Of a stretch of 64,000 nt of DNA, positions 40,558 to 53,455 are shown one piece after another; position 1 is the stretch's first letter; each line of letters begins with the position of its first letter. The stretch lies in NCBI RefSeq assembly GCF_009914755.1, contig NC_060926.1; one strand, 5' to 3'. Origin of the DNA: the human T2T-CHM13v2.0 reference genome, Homo sapiens. The notes under the pieces are model-generated. The model was not told where the DNA came from. It searched no databases and saw nothing but the letters and a program-made list of their open reading frames with translations. The position numbers were made by a program, and so were the translations under genes.

Positions 40558-41223
40558 TGTGATAGTAAATTTTATGTGTCAGCTTGAATTGGTCTCTGTA
40601 AAGTAGGTTTCCCTCCCCAGTAGCTCCTGAATAGAACAAAGGGCAGATGATAGAGGAGTTTGACCCTTTTGTTCCTGCCTCACTTCTTAAGCTAGTACAT
40701 CTCATCTTCTCTTCTCTTACCCTTGACCTGGGGTTTACACCATTGGCTTCCCTGGTCCCCAGGCCTTCAGACTCAGATTGAATGACACCTCTGGCTTTCC
40801 TAACTGACCAGCTTGCAGATTGCAGATCATGGTATTTTTTGCCTCCACAATTTTGTGAGCCAATTCTTCATCATAAAATTGGTCTTTCTGGGTGGGCGGA
40901 TCACTTGAGGTCAGGAGTTCGAGACCAGCCTGGCCAACATGGCGAAGCCCTGTCTTTACTAAAAATACAAAAATTAGTCAGGCGTGGTGGCGGGTGTCCG
41001 TAATTCCAGCTACTTAGGAGGATGAGGCAGGAGCATCTTTTGAATCTAGGAGGCGGATGTTGCAGTGAGCCCAGATCGCACCACTGCACTGCAGCCTGGG
41101 CGACAAGACACCGTATCTGTCCCTCTCTGTCTCCTCTCTGTATTATTCTATCTCTCCCTCTGTCACTCTGTTTCTCTCTCTATGTTGGTGCTACTGTTTC
41201 TCTGAAGGATGATGACTAATACA
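40558..41223 (+). mobile_element. MLT2 (ERVL) LTR interrupted by a 5'-truncated Alu (~40890-41110)
   Basis: TGTGATAGTAAATTTTATGTGTCAGCTTGA start and CTGTTTCTCTGAAGGATGATGACTAATACA end; Alu body inside. Confidence 0.75.
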
Positions 41224-42477
41224 CTAAGGAAAAATTACATAAATATATGATAAATTTAACAAAATAAATTTTTAAAAATCGATATACATTATAAAGTTAA
41301 CCAAATAATAATAACAGTAAATAGCAATTTTCTTTTTTTATAATTTATTTCAAATGTACACATCAGCATAATTTTCATGATTTTAAATTCTGTAAGCATT
41401 AGATTGAAAGTCAGAAGCAAGCCAAGAACATATTACTTTATTATTGCTTAACATTCTCCTGGATACTTTAATCTGATACATTTAGAGGTATAAAATGGTA
41501 AATATTTTCATTATTTTCTGAAACTTATTTACCTAGAAAAAACTTTTAAATAAAAATTTATTAAGATATCTAGGGACAAAATAAACACATGATAGTCAGT
41601 GGTTTTCATACAAAAAGTATACATCTACTTCTGTGATGCTTATATTCATGAGAACAAAATATGAAAATAGCCAGAAATGTTTAAGAGAATGAAGGTATAC
41701 TGAGAAGGCACTAACCTCAGGTTGATTTTCAAACATATTAGTAAACCAAAAAAAATTAAAACAATGTTATATTGGTGCATGAATTCATAGAGCAGATAGT
41801 GAAACAGAATAGTGTATTTATCTATATGTGTCTTTCTGTGCATCTTTCTATCAATCCTGAGTGCTTAAGGTGAGATTCACTTGCACCTGAATCAGCAGAA
41901 AATATTTGGAGCTTCAAGAATAAATGCAGATGGCACTTAGAGATGCTGCACCCGATGTCATAAGGGATTCTGTGGAGGAGCTCATTCCAATGAAATAGGT
42001 AAGTTTTTATTTTGTATTTTCATTTTTTTGGAAATGAGAAAGAAAAGTCTCAATGAAAGCTAAGAGTCAGACATATATACGGAAATATTGCTGCCTACTC
42101 CCAGGCATGCGAGTGACCAACTCCCTACTTCAGGGAGTGGAGGAGTGAGATATCAAGAGTACAACAATTTTGTTAAGACACCTACCCCACCTTTCATCAA
42201 ATATCCCCAAGCCTAGACTAAGTGCAGGAGTCCTGAAAAACATTTCCACAGGGAAGGTCGGGGTCCCAGGCTCATGGGTGTCTTCTTACTGCCTTTAGCA
42301 GAACAAAAATGAGTAAAGCAAAGCTTCTTGCTTCAGAAATATTCAGTCTAGTACAGTGTGTATCCTACATCTAATCATCGCTTCATTCCAGAAGCTTTAA
42401 TTGCACAAAATTCACTGGGAAAGGCATGATATTTGTCTGTTTTTTAAGGATAAGGTTGGTATTGGCTCAAACTTATA

Positions 42478-42483
42478 TTTATT
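42478..42483 (-). terminator. Polyadenylation signal for the UBTFL ORF
   Basis: AATAAA on the minus strand about 305 nt past the stop codon. Confidence 0.6.
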
Positions 42484-42787
42484 CTCCGCAAAGAGTCCCT
42501 CCCAGGTTTGTAATCCTGATGTAAGAGGGTGCTGCACCAAGTTGCTTCTTTCCAACCTGTCCTACTTTGTGTAGAGGAGGAGAGCGGGGAAGGAAGAAAA
42601 GAGAAAAAAAAAAAGCAAAGAAGTAAAAAGAGGCAGAAGGACAGTCCCTTTTCCTTGACACGGATGGCATGAATGGGCTTTTGCGGAGAAACTCTGCCTG
42701 ACCCTGGAGTCTGAGTCAGGCAGAGTCTGAGTCAGGTGGAGTCCCAGTTAGAAGTCCTCTGAGGAAGCTGCACTAGAGTCACTGCCC

Positions 42788-43969
42788 TCAGACATCAACT
42801 TCCATGTCTTCCCCACTGCTGCAGTCTAAAGAGTTACTGCTTTCTTCCTCTTCGCCATCTTTCTTCCTGTTCTCTTCTGGTTCCATGGAGACCTGACAGT
42901 TTACCCAAATAGTCTGTGATGCCTCTGTTCCTGCAGCCTGGAGCCCCTGCCCCTCCCCAAACCCTTCTTGCAGACCCTTTGCTGATGAGGACTGCGGATC
43001 TGTTTGTTTCAAGCTGGGGGCCGGGCCTCCCATCATCGCCATATTCTTACCCTTAGCATAGGTCGATTCTTTGTACGCAGCATAATCTTCAGGTGACAAA
43101 GTCTTGAGCCAGAGATCCAATTCCACTTTGTATTCCTTCTGCAGCAACTCAGCCTGGCTCTTGTAATGATCCTTCTGGCTCTGCGGGATGCGCTGCCAGC
43201 GTCTGCCAATCTCTACCATGCGCTCCCTCAGGGACAAATGTTGCAGCTCCTTACTTGACCAGGAATCTTGGTGAAACTTGTGGTATCCATTCATGGGGGG
43301 TTTCTGAGGCTCTCCATGAAATTTTACCTTCTTGAAAAATTGATCCGTTTTTGGAAGAGACGTCACTTCTTCAATATTTTTCTGAACTTTCTTTTGCACT
43401 TTGGTTTGAATCCTCTTGGAGATATCAGATTTCTTGCCCTTCTGGTCTAAATCAGGGTGCTCTTCCCTGAATCGAACAAGTTTTTCCTCAAATTCTTGCT
43501 TTTCCTTCTGGAAATCCTGAATATATTTCTGTTTCATCTGCTCTGGGAGCTCCTTGTATTTCTTTGACAGGATTTTGGTCAGTTCCTGGCTTCTCATCCC
43601 AGGGTACATTTGGGAGTACTGGGGCCAATTCTCCTTGAAGAAGCGGATATAAGCAGTAAGGGGCCTCTTTGGAAAGTCTGGATGGTTCCTGCCTTTTTGG
43701 CTTTTGTTTGTATTTTTAACACATTTCTTAGCTTCCAGGACTAATTTTTTCAAAGTGCTGAATTTTCTCAAGCTGCAAGAAATCTCTAACCATTTGAGTC
43801 TGCACATTTCACCAGAAAAGTTTTTAAAAGCTACTTTTCCCCAGTCCATGTGTGACTGAGTTGAGCTGAACGTGCCGTTGTCATCAGATGGGAGATTATT
43901 CTCCATGCATTCCAGTAACCTCAAGATGTCTGCGTTGGACCAATGGCCTTGGCTTCTAGGCAAAGCCAT
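42788..43969 (-). CDS. UBTFL-family (UBTFL1/HMGPI-like) UBTF-derived retrogene; intact 393-aa ORF with two HMG boxes
   Basis: Uninterrupted ORF with good Kozak context (AAAATGG). UBF-like N-terminal domain ([21 protein letters not shown]); HMG boxes [11 protein letters not shown]...F and [14 protein letters not shown]...[10 protein letters not shown]. The paralog number (probably a chr2 copy such as UBTFL3/5/6) cannot be fixed from sequence alone. Confidence 0.9.
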
Positions 43970-46021
43970 TTTGATGTCTTTGGCTTACTTATAAGATCCC
44001 AGTTATGCAAACACCAGAGTAAGAACACAGAGTTCCTTACTTTTAAGAGTCAGTGGATGATTTCTTTCTGGAAGTCCTGCAGTATGTGTGATTCTGTATT
44101 TCTGAGGAGAAAGAAAGGAAAGTTACTCTGCTTCATTGGGATTAATGAAAAAAATTACACCCTATTCGCCATATATCCCTTGTATAATTAATTTACTCTT
44201 AAGGATATAAATAAAATATAGCCCATTTCTGAATGAAAATCCATATTTGCCTTTCATATGCTACATGCGCAATATTCAACATCTCCGCACCCCACCCCAG
44301 CCTTCTTTCTGCCAGATCTCGCATGAACCGATCTTAAATTGAGTTGCATAAGGCAAACACCAGACCACTCATCACTTAAGAAGCTTAATAGAACAGAAAT
44401 GCCCTGAAGACAGAGTCAAGAGCTAAAGTGGAAGGAGAAATGCCTAAACCGGAAAGACTGTTCATTCTACAGTGCCCTGAGTATCGCCATTTTCTAAGCA
44501 CAGCCCAAATAGCCATAGCTAAAGGTGCAGATGAGAAGTTAAAGATGCAACAGGACAAGCCCAAGAGCTCCTCCAGACATGCATCCAACTGTTACCTTTT
44601 TATGAGGGAATGTGAACCTGTGATAAAAGACTGAATTAAAGATTCTCCAGGACCCATGCATGGGAATGAATGCTTTCTAGCGAACCATACCGCTTCTCCT
44701 TTTAAATATCAAGGATTTAATGACAATTATAAAACATTTCAATTTCAGTTGGTTAACTGTTCGTCATCTTTAAGCCTCAGTGAAAGTTTGGCTTCCTCCG
44801 GAAAGTGCCTCCAAAATACCTGGCATTTTCCATTATAGAACTTGAAAACATGGCAGATCCGATAACTACTGCTTATTTTATTTATTTATTTATTTTTACC
44901 AATTTTGTTTTGCCTAAAGTAATTCCTCTGGGACATGATTTCCCAACTAATTCTCCAAATTCTCATAACTCTTTCACTTGTCTTTTTAGGATAATCTTCT
45001 ATTCTAAGACAAAGCCTAACTTCAGTAAAATTGTGTACAAACACATACAACATTAAATTAAACCAGATCTTAAATAGAGGGTGCATAAGGAGTGTAACAT
45101 GGGGCCTTCGGGGGAAAATATGCATTAGAAGGGAAAGAGAACAGAGTTAAGATGTCAGTGGAGGTTGAAATTCTGAGAATGAGTTTCAGAATATGTGAGA
45201 ATATTTTTGAGAACTATTTTTAATTCTCAGTAGAGTACAGAAGGATGTAGCCTTTGAATGACGTTAAAAATTCACTAGAAGTGTGAAGAATGTTATAATA
45301 TCACATGCCTCAAAACACAAATTCCTTAATATAGAGATTAAAATGTTTTAAAATACTGGATAATAATTCAAGTCCATATTTGAGGTAGAAGATAAAATAA
45401 AGAATAGCTCATATATCAAATTTATTATGTGAAAAAGACTTTTGGAAAATTGTTCATAATAAATGAAAATGTAAATAAAAAATTAAAATTTATAATAAAG
45501 CATTAAAATAAACTGTGAAAAACTTAGAAGAGGGTAAACTTGAAAGTTATTGAATTTTTAACCTCAAAAATCTGAAAAAAAGTCAGTTCATTAGTGTCCT
45601 TAAAAAAAAAAAAAACTTAATAATATAACAGGAGAGTAATTAAGAAAAAAGTAACATTCACAAAGGAAAATAAAAAAATTAAAAAATATTTGATTCCATA
45701 CTTTGTGTTTAAGATCAAAACATACTCTGAAATGGTTCAGGGATAAAAAGATGTCAAACTTCCAAATATATTGTAAGTGATGATTACAAAAAATAAATAC
45801 ATAAATAAATATAAGATGTATTCTAACTCAGAAAAAGGGGAAGTCACACAGACTTGATGTGGGAAAAGAGATGTGGAATACTCAGAATCTGAATTTAGGA
45901 AAAGAAGTACCGTCTTCCCAATTGTAAATGTTAGGATGATGCGTATAAAGCAGCGAAAATAAAAATACAGTTGTGTTTTTGTTGTTATGTGGCTCTTTTA
46001 TGAGCCAGACATTTTTTCAAA

Positions 46022-46480
46022 TTGCCAGTTAAAGAGCGTGGCCCCCCAAAATATGTGTCTAAGTCCTAACCCCTGAAACCTGTGAATATGACCTTTTGAA
46101 ACTAGGATCTTTGCAGATGTAATTACCTTGGTAATCTCCTAATGAGATTAGTCTGGGTTTAGGGTGGGACCTAAGTCCAATGACTCGTATCATTATAGAA
46201 GAAATCAAAGGAAGATCTGAGACACATCGACAGCCATGTGGAGACAGAGGCGGAGACAGAGCTCACTGGAGCTATGCTGCCACAAGCCAATGAAAGCTAA
46301 ATGTTCCCATCAGCCACCAGAAACCAGCAGACAGGGAGGGGCTGGATTTCTACTCAGAATCCCCAATGGGAACCAACTCTGTCAACATGTTGATTTTAAA
46401 TTTTAGGTTTTCAGTATGTGAGAGAGCAAATTATTGTTTCATCTGTGATAGTTTATTACAGCAGCCCCAGCAAAGTAATA
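46022..46480 (+). mobile_element. MaLR LTR (MLT1B/C-like)
   Basis: GTCCTAACCCCTGAAACCTGTGAATATGACC...TCTTTGCAGATGTAATT...TTACAGCAGCCCCAGCAAAGTAATAC. Confidence 0.75.
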
Positions 46481-46580
46481 CGCGAATGTTTTACACTTAT
46501 TATTAATATCTTATTTTTCTCCTTGAATCTCTATGAGGTCATTTTATGCTTGCTGTTCTATTACTTCCATGATGAAACTG

Positions 46581-47035
46581 CGACCAGGTGTGGAGGCTCA
46601 TGCCTGTAATCCCAGCACTTTAGGAGCCTAAGATGGGAGGATCACTTGAACTCAGGAGTTCAAGATAAGCCTGGGCAACAAGTGAGAAACCCCTGTCTCT
46701 TAAAAAAAGAAAGAAAGAAGCTGGGAAAAACTAAGAATTTATACAGGGCCCGGCACGGTGGCTCACGCCTGTAATTTCAACACTTTGGGAGGCTGAAGCA
46801 GGAAGATTGCTTGAGCTCAGGAGTTTGAGACCAGCCTGGGCAACATAGACAGACCCCATCTCTAGAAAAACAAAAATTTAGCCAGACCCACACTTGTAGT
46901 GCCTGTAGTCCCAGCCACTCTGGAGGCTGAGGTGAGAGGATGGCTTGGGCACAGGAGGGCAAGACTTCAGTGAGCCTTGATTGTATCAGTGCACTTCAGA
47001 CTAGGCAACAGAGTGAGACCCTGTCTCAAAAAAAT
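46581..47035 (+). mobile_element. FLAM/Alu monomer (46581-46717) followed by an AluJ-like dimer (46747-47035)
   Basis: Alu consensus motifs and A tails. Confidence 0.88.
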
Positions 47036-47211
47036 TAACCTTGTCAATTGTATGTGATTGCCCTCTTTTCTGTGTTAGAATACATCTTTTATTTGTTTAC
47101 TTTTTATTTTTTATCATCATCACTTGTAAAATACTTAGAAGTTTAAGACATCCTTTTATCCTTGAACCATTTGAGGGTAAGTTTTGATCTTAAGTATAAT
47201 GTATGGACTCC

Positions 47212-47341
47212 TGTGACTTTGTGAAGCTGTATGAATTCTTAATTTTTAATTTTTATTATTATTTTTTAATTTTTGTGACATAAAAAGTAAAAAATAAAAA
47301 TAAATTAATAAATAAAAATGTATAACCTTCACAAAGTCACA
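47212..47341. repeat. 130-bp inverted repeat with perfect 15-bp outer arms (TGTGACTTTGTGAAG / CTTCACAAAGTCACA)
   Basis: The arms are exact reverse complements; the interior is T-rich then A-rich and partly complementary. Confidence 0.9.
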
Positions 47342-47986
47342 TGTTTTCTATTTTATAGAGTAAAAATATCAAAAAATAAAAAGAGGCTTTGAAAAGAACA
47401 TTCAAACAACAAAACAGATTTTGTAAATTAAAAATACCATTACATAAATAAAAACTTCAGTGGAATATTAGGAAAATAAAAAAGTGCCTTTGAGCATTTT
47501 GGAAACTTTGCAGACGACCAAGGCTGCATGCAACCTGAAGTTACGGACAACATAGAACTTTTCATATTCTACAATAAATGTTTCCAATTAAATTCTAGAT
47601 GTCATGTTACAGATAAAACTGTAAAATATCCAGGACTTTCCGTCCAGAAGTTCACAATTTTTATACCCAAAGAAAAAAATTAAAGGAAATACTCACCTGA
47701 ATATTCTATAACTGGTCTGAACAGTGCTTGCAGGAAAATTCATGCATTTGGCTCAGGAGTTGGGTGTCCTCTGGGCTTTCTGGATAACAGATGTTATTCT
47801 CTGAGATTTCCACAGTCTAGCAAATTCCAAATGCCTCTATAAATAATAAGCCTTGCTTTTTGGAGGCCAATGTATTATAGGATCCTTAAAGCCCCTCCCT
47901 TATTAGGTTTCTGCAGTACAGAGGACCAATGAAAGGATTTACCCTTCCACCATTGTTTACATCAGCTCAATTTCTAATCTCTGTAA

Positions 47987-48435
<449 letters not shown>

Positions 48436-49587
48436 TGATAGTATTTTTATATGATATTTGAATACATCATTCCATTCTTTGATAATTTCTGCCCTTTCTT
48501 CACTGAAATCTAGGATCTGCTACCATCTCACCTGGCTCATCGACAGGTAAATCCCTTCAGTACTGATCAATTTCTACCAGTCTTTAGATTTGAAGATCAA
48601 AATGCTAATGACCATGATGGATGGTTTTGGAAAAAGACAAGTAGAGCCTCAATGTCTGGCACCTATGGCTGATTTAATTTTAAACTCAGGGAAATGAAAT
48701 AGGTACTGTGCATAAAAAATATTCAGGTGATTTTATTTAAAGCATTTTTACTAAATTCAAACTAATCAAAAAAACCTTTATTTAAATGACAACTTATTTG
48801 AATAATTTTTAAATTTTTATTTTTAATCAATATATAAAAATTGCACATATGTATGACATACAATATAATATTTTGATACATGTATAAATTGTGCATTGAT
48901 CAAATTAGGGTTTGACAACCTCAGGCTTCATAATTTATAAAATAGACTTTTGCCATTTAAAAACTTTATATCTAAAGTTACCAACTAGTAATTAACTGAA
49001 CATATCAAATAATAAGATATTACTTAAAAGAACCTAAATTAATAAAATGTTTAAATACATTTTGAGCTTTAAAATACAATAAATAAATATGACTTATTTT
49101 AGAAAAATTTCTAAAAAAGTATAGACAAAGGTGGATTTAGACAAAAACATGTACAGAAAAATATCAAAAGGACTAAACCCCTTGGAGATTTTAATGGTAA
49201 AAGCTTGCTGATATTATTTTTAAAATTATCATCTTTTAAAAAAACATTTTATGGCCATTTGTTAATGAGCATAAGCTTCTACTGAAAATGAAATCTTTGC
49301 TTCTATAAGAATATACTCTCAGATATGCATCTCTTATAGAGCTAACATAAATAATTATTTAGATGTCTGTAGTTACAATAAGCTTTATATGATGGGGTTT
49401 AGAAATATCTAGAAAGCAAGCCCTGGGGATAATTCTAACACATGCTACAGTTTGGGAATGTAAGCTCAAACTGTCATCCATCTAGTGACTTAAAGTTTGT
49501 CTTCTACTCTAAAATACATCAACACACACACATATATGTGCACATGTAAATATATACAAATAAAATATTGTAGTGAAATAAAATACC

Positions 49588-49899
49588 TTTTTTTGTTTGT
49601 TAGTTGGTGTTGAGAAAAGCTCTAGCTCTGTTGCCCAGAATGGAATGCAGTGGAACAATCATGGTTCACTGCAGCATCAAACTCCTGGGCTCAAGTGATC
49701 CTCCCGCCTCAGCCTCCTAAGTAGCTGGAACCAAAGATGTGTGCCACCATGCCTGGCTAATTTTTTAAAAAAACATTTTTATAGAAATGGAGTATCTCAG
49801 TGTTGTCCAGGCTCATCTTGAACTCCTGGATTCAAGCCTTCCTCCTACCTCAGCCTCCCAAAGTGCTGGGATTAAAGGCATAAGGCACTATGTCTGGCC
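49588..49899 (-). mobile_element. Alu (AluJ-like)
   Basis: Reverse dimeric Alu. Confidence 0.88.
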
Positions 49900-51264
49900 T
49901 TGAAAGGAATTTTTATTCAGTCTTTTCCAGATGTTTTTGCTTTTTTCTGGTGCTAGTCCTAAGAAAATTAAGAAGTCCTAAGAAAACTCTTCCCAACATG
50001 TAAAACATGCATTCGTTGGTTATTATGGCAATATTCCCTGCATGAGTAATTTTGGTGGTTAGCTTCTGTCTCATCATTTCTAGAAAAAATTTTATTTCTG
50101 TCATAACCCCTAATGCTTAGTAAAAAGGCTCTTTCTTTGTATGTTGGTCTTCTTCTTGCAAATTAGACACCCAGTATCAGCTAGTATTTCATTGTTGAGG
50201 ACCAGCCCTGTGCTGGAGAACTCTGGTTTCAGGGCCGCTACTTACCATGGTAGCTCATGGCTGTGCTCTTTCTTTCTTCCTTGTTCCACTTCACAACATC
50301 TCACACAGGACAAAAACAGAGCAGATATGTTCAGATCCTCTGATGTTAATTGAGGCCACTTTGCTTTTTGAGAAATACAAAATTTGACCCCAAAACATCC
50401 ATCCAGATTGTATACAGAGTCTATAGTGACCTCTCCAATATGACCTCCTGCTTTAACAGAATCAGTTCAGGTTCTGGATATTCTCACCAATCTCAAGTTA
50501 GCTGCAACTGCTGGAGTTTTCATCAATTCAGATACAAAACCATTTACTTTCTTTGATTTCAACAATAAGAATCACAAAACTAGATCTTACATACAAAGTA
50601 CACCTCACTAAATTGGGGGATTGGTAAATAAATTAAATTAAAAGTGGTTATCATCTATTGCTATTTATATATTTCCTTGTAACCATTTCCAGTCTTGGTA
50701 CCCATCCCTCATCCGATGGTGCCTGGCGCTCCTCTGTGCAAATGTCCTCTCTCCTATTTCCACAAAGGCAAAATGCTGTTTTCTATATTTAGGAATACTA
50801 TCAACTTGTTGTTACTGTTGCCATTACTTCATAGTCACCTACTCATATGTACAGTTTCTAAACTAAAATATGGCAAGACACTTGTCAATGAAGACAATTC
50901 CATGTGAAATTTTAGGCGTGTTTCTTTTTCTGCAGAGTAATTGACTGATTCTCAAATTTTACGGGGCTAGTTTAGGCACAGCTCTTCCCTCTGAGATCTT
51001 CATTTTCTGAGAAACTAACTCTGAATCTGTGTCCTGATGAGGATCTGCCGTCACACATACCACAAAGTGCCACCCGTGTCAATCATGAAAGTCCGCACTC
51101 AAACTGACACCCACAATTGATATCACAGCAGAGAAACAAGGACATAGAGCACAACTGAGAGGAAGAGCTGTCTCAGCCATGCAGCCAAATGCTTAGGACC
51201 AAATAAGGAATCCACGCCTCACACTCTCTGGGTTGGAGAAGATGGGACCGCATTAGATAAGTTG

Positions 51265-51583
51265 GTTTTTCGTTTGTTTGTTTGTTTGTTTGCTTGTGAG
51301 ATGGACTCTTGCCCTGTTCCCCAGGCTGGAGTGCCCTGGCACGATCTCGGCTCGCTGCAACCTCCGCCACCTCGGTTCAAGCAATTCTCCTGCCTTAGCC
51401 TCCCAATTGGCTGAGATTACAGGCACCCACCAACACGCCCGGCTAATTTTTTATTTTTATTTCTAGTAGAGACGGGGTTTCACCAGTTGGCCAGGCTGGT
51501 CTTGAACTGATGACCTCAGGTGATCTGCCGCTCTCAGCCTTTCAATGTGCTGGGATTACAGGCGTGAGCCACCGCGCCTGGCC
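51265..51583 (-). mobile_element. Alu (AluS-like)
   Basis: Reverse Alu; target-site duplication TAGATAAGT. Confidence 0.92.
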
Positions 51584-51979
51584 TAGATAAGTACTTTTGA
51601 GGGATAAGATGGTAATACCTGAAATATTTGGCTAGAGATGTTCCTATATTGTTTTTCCTTCCATCTCTCTGTCTGTTACTTGTATCCTAGACTAACAACC
51701 AAGGCTCCTTTCCATGGAAATTATTCTACTCTCTTAGCCGTTGCCTCTTTCTGCCTATAGAACATCTTGCACACCACTACCTGACCAGATTTTATAACTC
51801 AGCATTCAAGTGAAGCTCCTATTATAGTCCAAACTCTTCCTTATGGTATCCTTGCTTTTTCAGTACTAATCTGAGATACTCCTGCTGCTTTTCTTCAGAA
51901 CAAATAGCTCTTTCAATAAAGCTAATGTCAGGAAACTTGCCATGCAAATAAACACAACAAATACATTGAAACACAATCT

Positions 51980-52810
51980 ATTTTATTTTTTTCCGTAACA
52001 AACCTCTTAAGTGAATTTATGTCCTTAATGAAAGAGTTGTTTGCTTTTCCAAGTTCTGCATTTTCTTTTCTAAATTGTTCCCATTTTCCTTATACTTTCT
52101 ACAATATTCTCATGATGCTTCATTGTTTCTTTTTGGGCCAGCCTCTCTCTCTTCTCCACTGCCTTTTGAAAAGCTGAGCAGTTGGACCTGGGAAAGATGC
52201 CCTACCCGCTCCAGGCACAATGCTGATAGAGGATGCCAATCTGGGATGATGGCACATTTTCTGTGACAGCTGGTACCACAACCTGGTTACTGGCTGCTAG
52301 CATTCTCTGCCCATCAGTGGTCTCTAGATAGTGCACTGTGTACGTCACCAGCAATAGAGTGGCTCCTCTAATCCGTTATCTTTTCTGCAGTCCTTGTGCA
52401 CCAAGAGTATCATTACTAGTTAGTTCTAAAGCTCCTCACTGAGTAATGGCAGTATGCTGCCCACTGATAGTTTGGTAAGCTGGAGCTTGTACCATCACTG
52501 CAACAATAGCAGATGACACTGCTTTCTCATCTTCATACTTTTCTCTAATTCCTGGCTTTCCAGGTGCATGGAAGGATACACTACTCAATATTATCCTGTT
52601 GGAAATGCTCTTGGACAGTATCTGTCTTACCTGTTAAGAATCAGATATCCATGAACTGTATTCTGAGAATCTTTACCCTTCATACTTATGAAGATATGAG
52701 TTGCAGAAAAACACTTCTTAAATCTTTGGTAGAATTCTTCTGGACCACTCTCGATATAAGAAGCTTCCCTGAATGACTCCAGCTCTGTGGAAACCATGTG
52801 GATCCTCCAT
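51980..52810 (-). pseudogene. Highly diverged intronless CREB1-like retrocopy (KID-Q2-bZIP region)
   Basis: Pieced translation: GVIQ, STKDLRSVF, KDSQ, QILSKSISNRIILSSVSFHAPGKPGIREKYEDE, VQAPAYQTISGQHTAITQ*GALELTSNDTLGAQGLQ, ETTDGQRMLAASNQVVVPA, SIVPG, then a degenerate basic/zipper region. This is colinear with CREB1. Contains several stops and frameshifts. Confidence 0.8.
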
Positions 52811-53455
52811 GCACGATGCTACAAAAAAAAATCACAGAAATTTGTCTTGATCATCCTTTTTGATTCGTACAGGCTTCTTCCTTCCTATTAAAGTGATTGT
52901 TTTATTAATAGGATTAGGGTAATGTAGTGTTCTCTGTGCATGTTTCCCGAATATGTTTGGAAATAAACTACAGGTGAGGGAAGAGACTCACAAGGGAATT
53001 CCAAGTGGCTGGGATTAAAGAATGGGTGAGTGAATAAATGATCTGTTTCCAAGATTGGATTAAAAGAAAAAATTGCCACTGATCTCTTTTCCACATTGTG
53101 ATTATATTGCCCTCTTCTCTCAGTTGTCTCTAGATTTTCTGCCTATCTCCCAGATTATTCTGCCTACTTCCCAGAAAATTCAGAAAGAAAGATATTTTCT
53201 TTCTGAAATTTTCAAGTAATAAAGTAATGAATTTAAGCTCCCCCTATAAAATAAGCTCATGTGTATTCCTAAAAGTTAGAAAGGTTAGAAGTATAAAATT
53301 CCAGTATGTATTAGGTGACTGTCCTCAGACATTTTAAGGAAACCTCAGATGAGTATCAAGGATAGAAAATTAAATCCTAAAATACTATAGAAATATGAGA
53401 TAAATGTAAAAACATTCTGTTAATTCAAATTTTTAAAAATTCCATTTATTTGGAC

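Noticed and set aside
50190-50545. Exon-like minus-strand stretch ending ...AGCTACCATG|GTAAGT, faintly like a TRIM B-box exon end
   Set aside because: The donor is good, but I could not recover a convincing Cys/His pattern in any frame; it needs an HMM search.
52100-52800. Initially considered an olfactory-receptor pseudogene
   Set aside because: No transmembrane or OR motifs; the translation instead follows CREB1.
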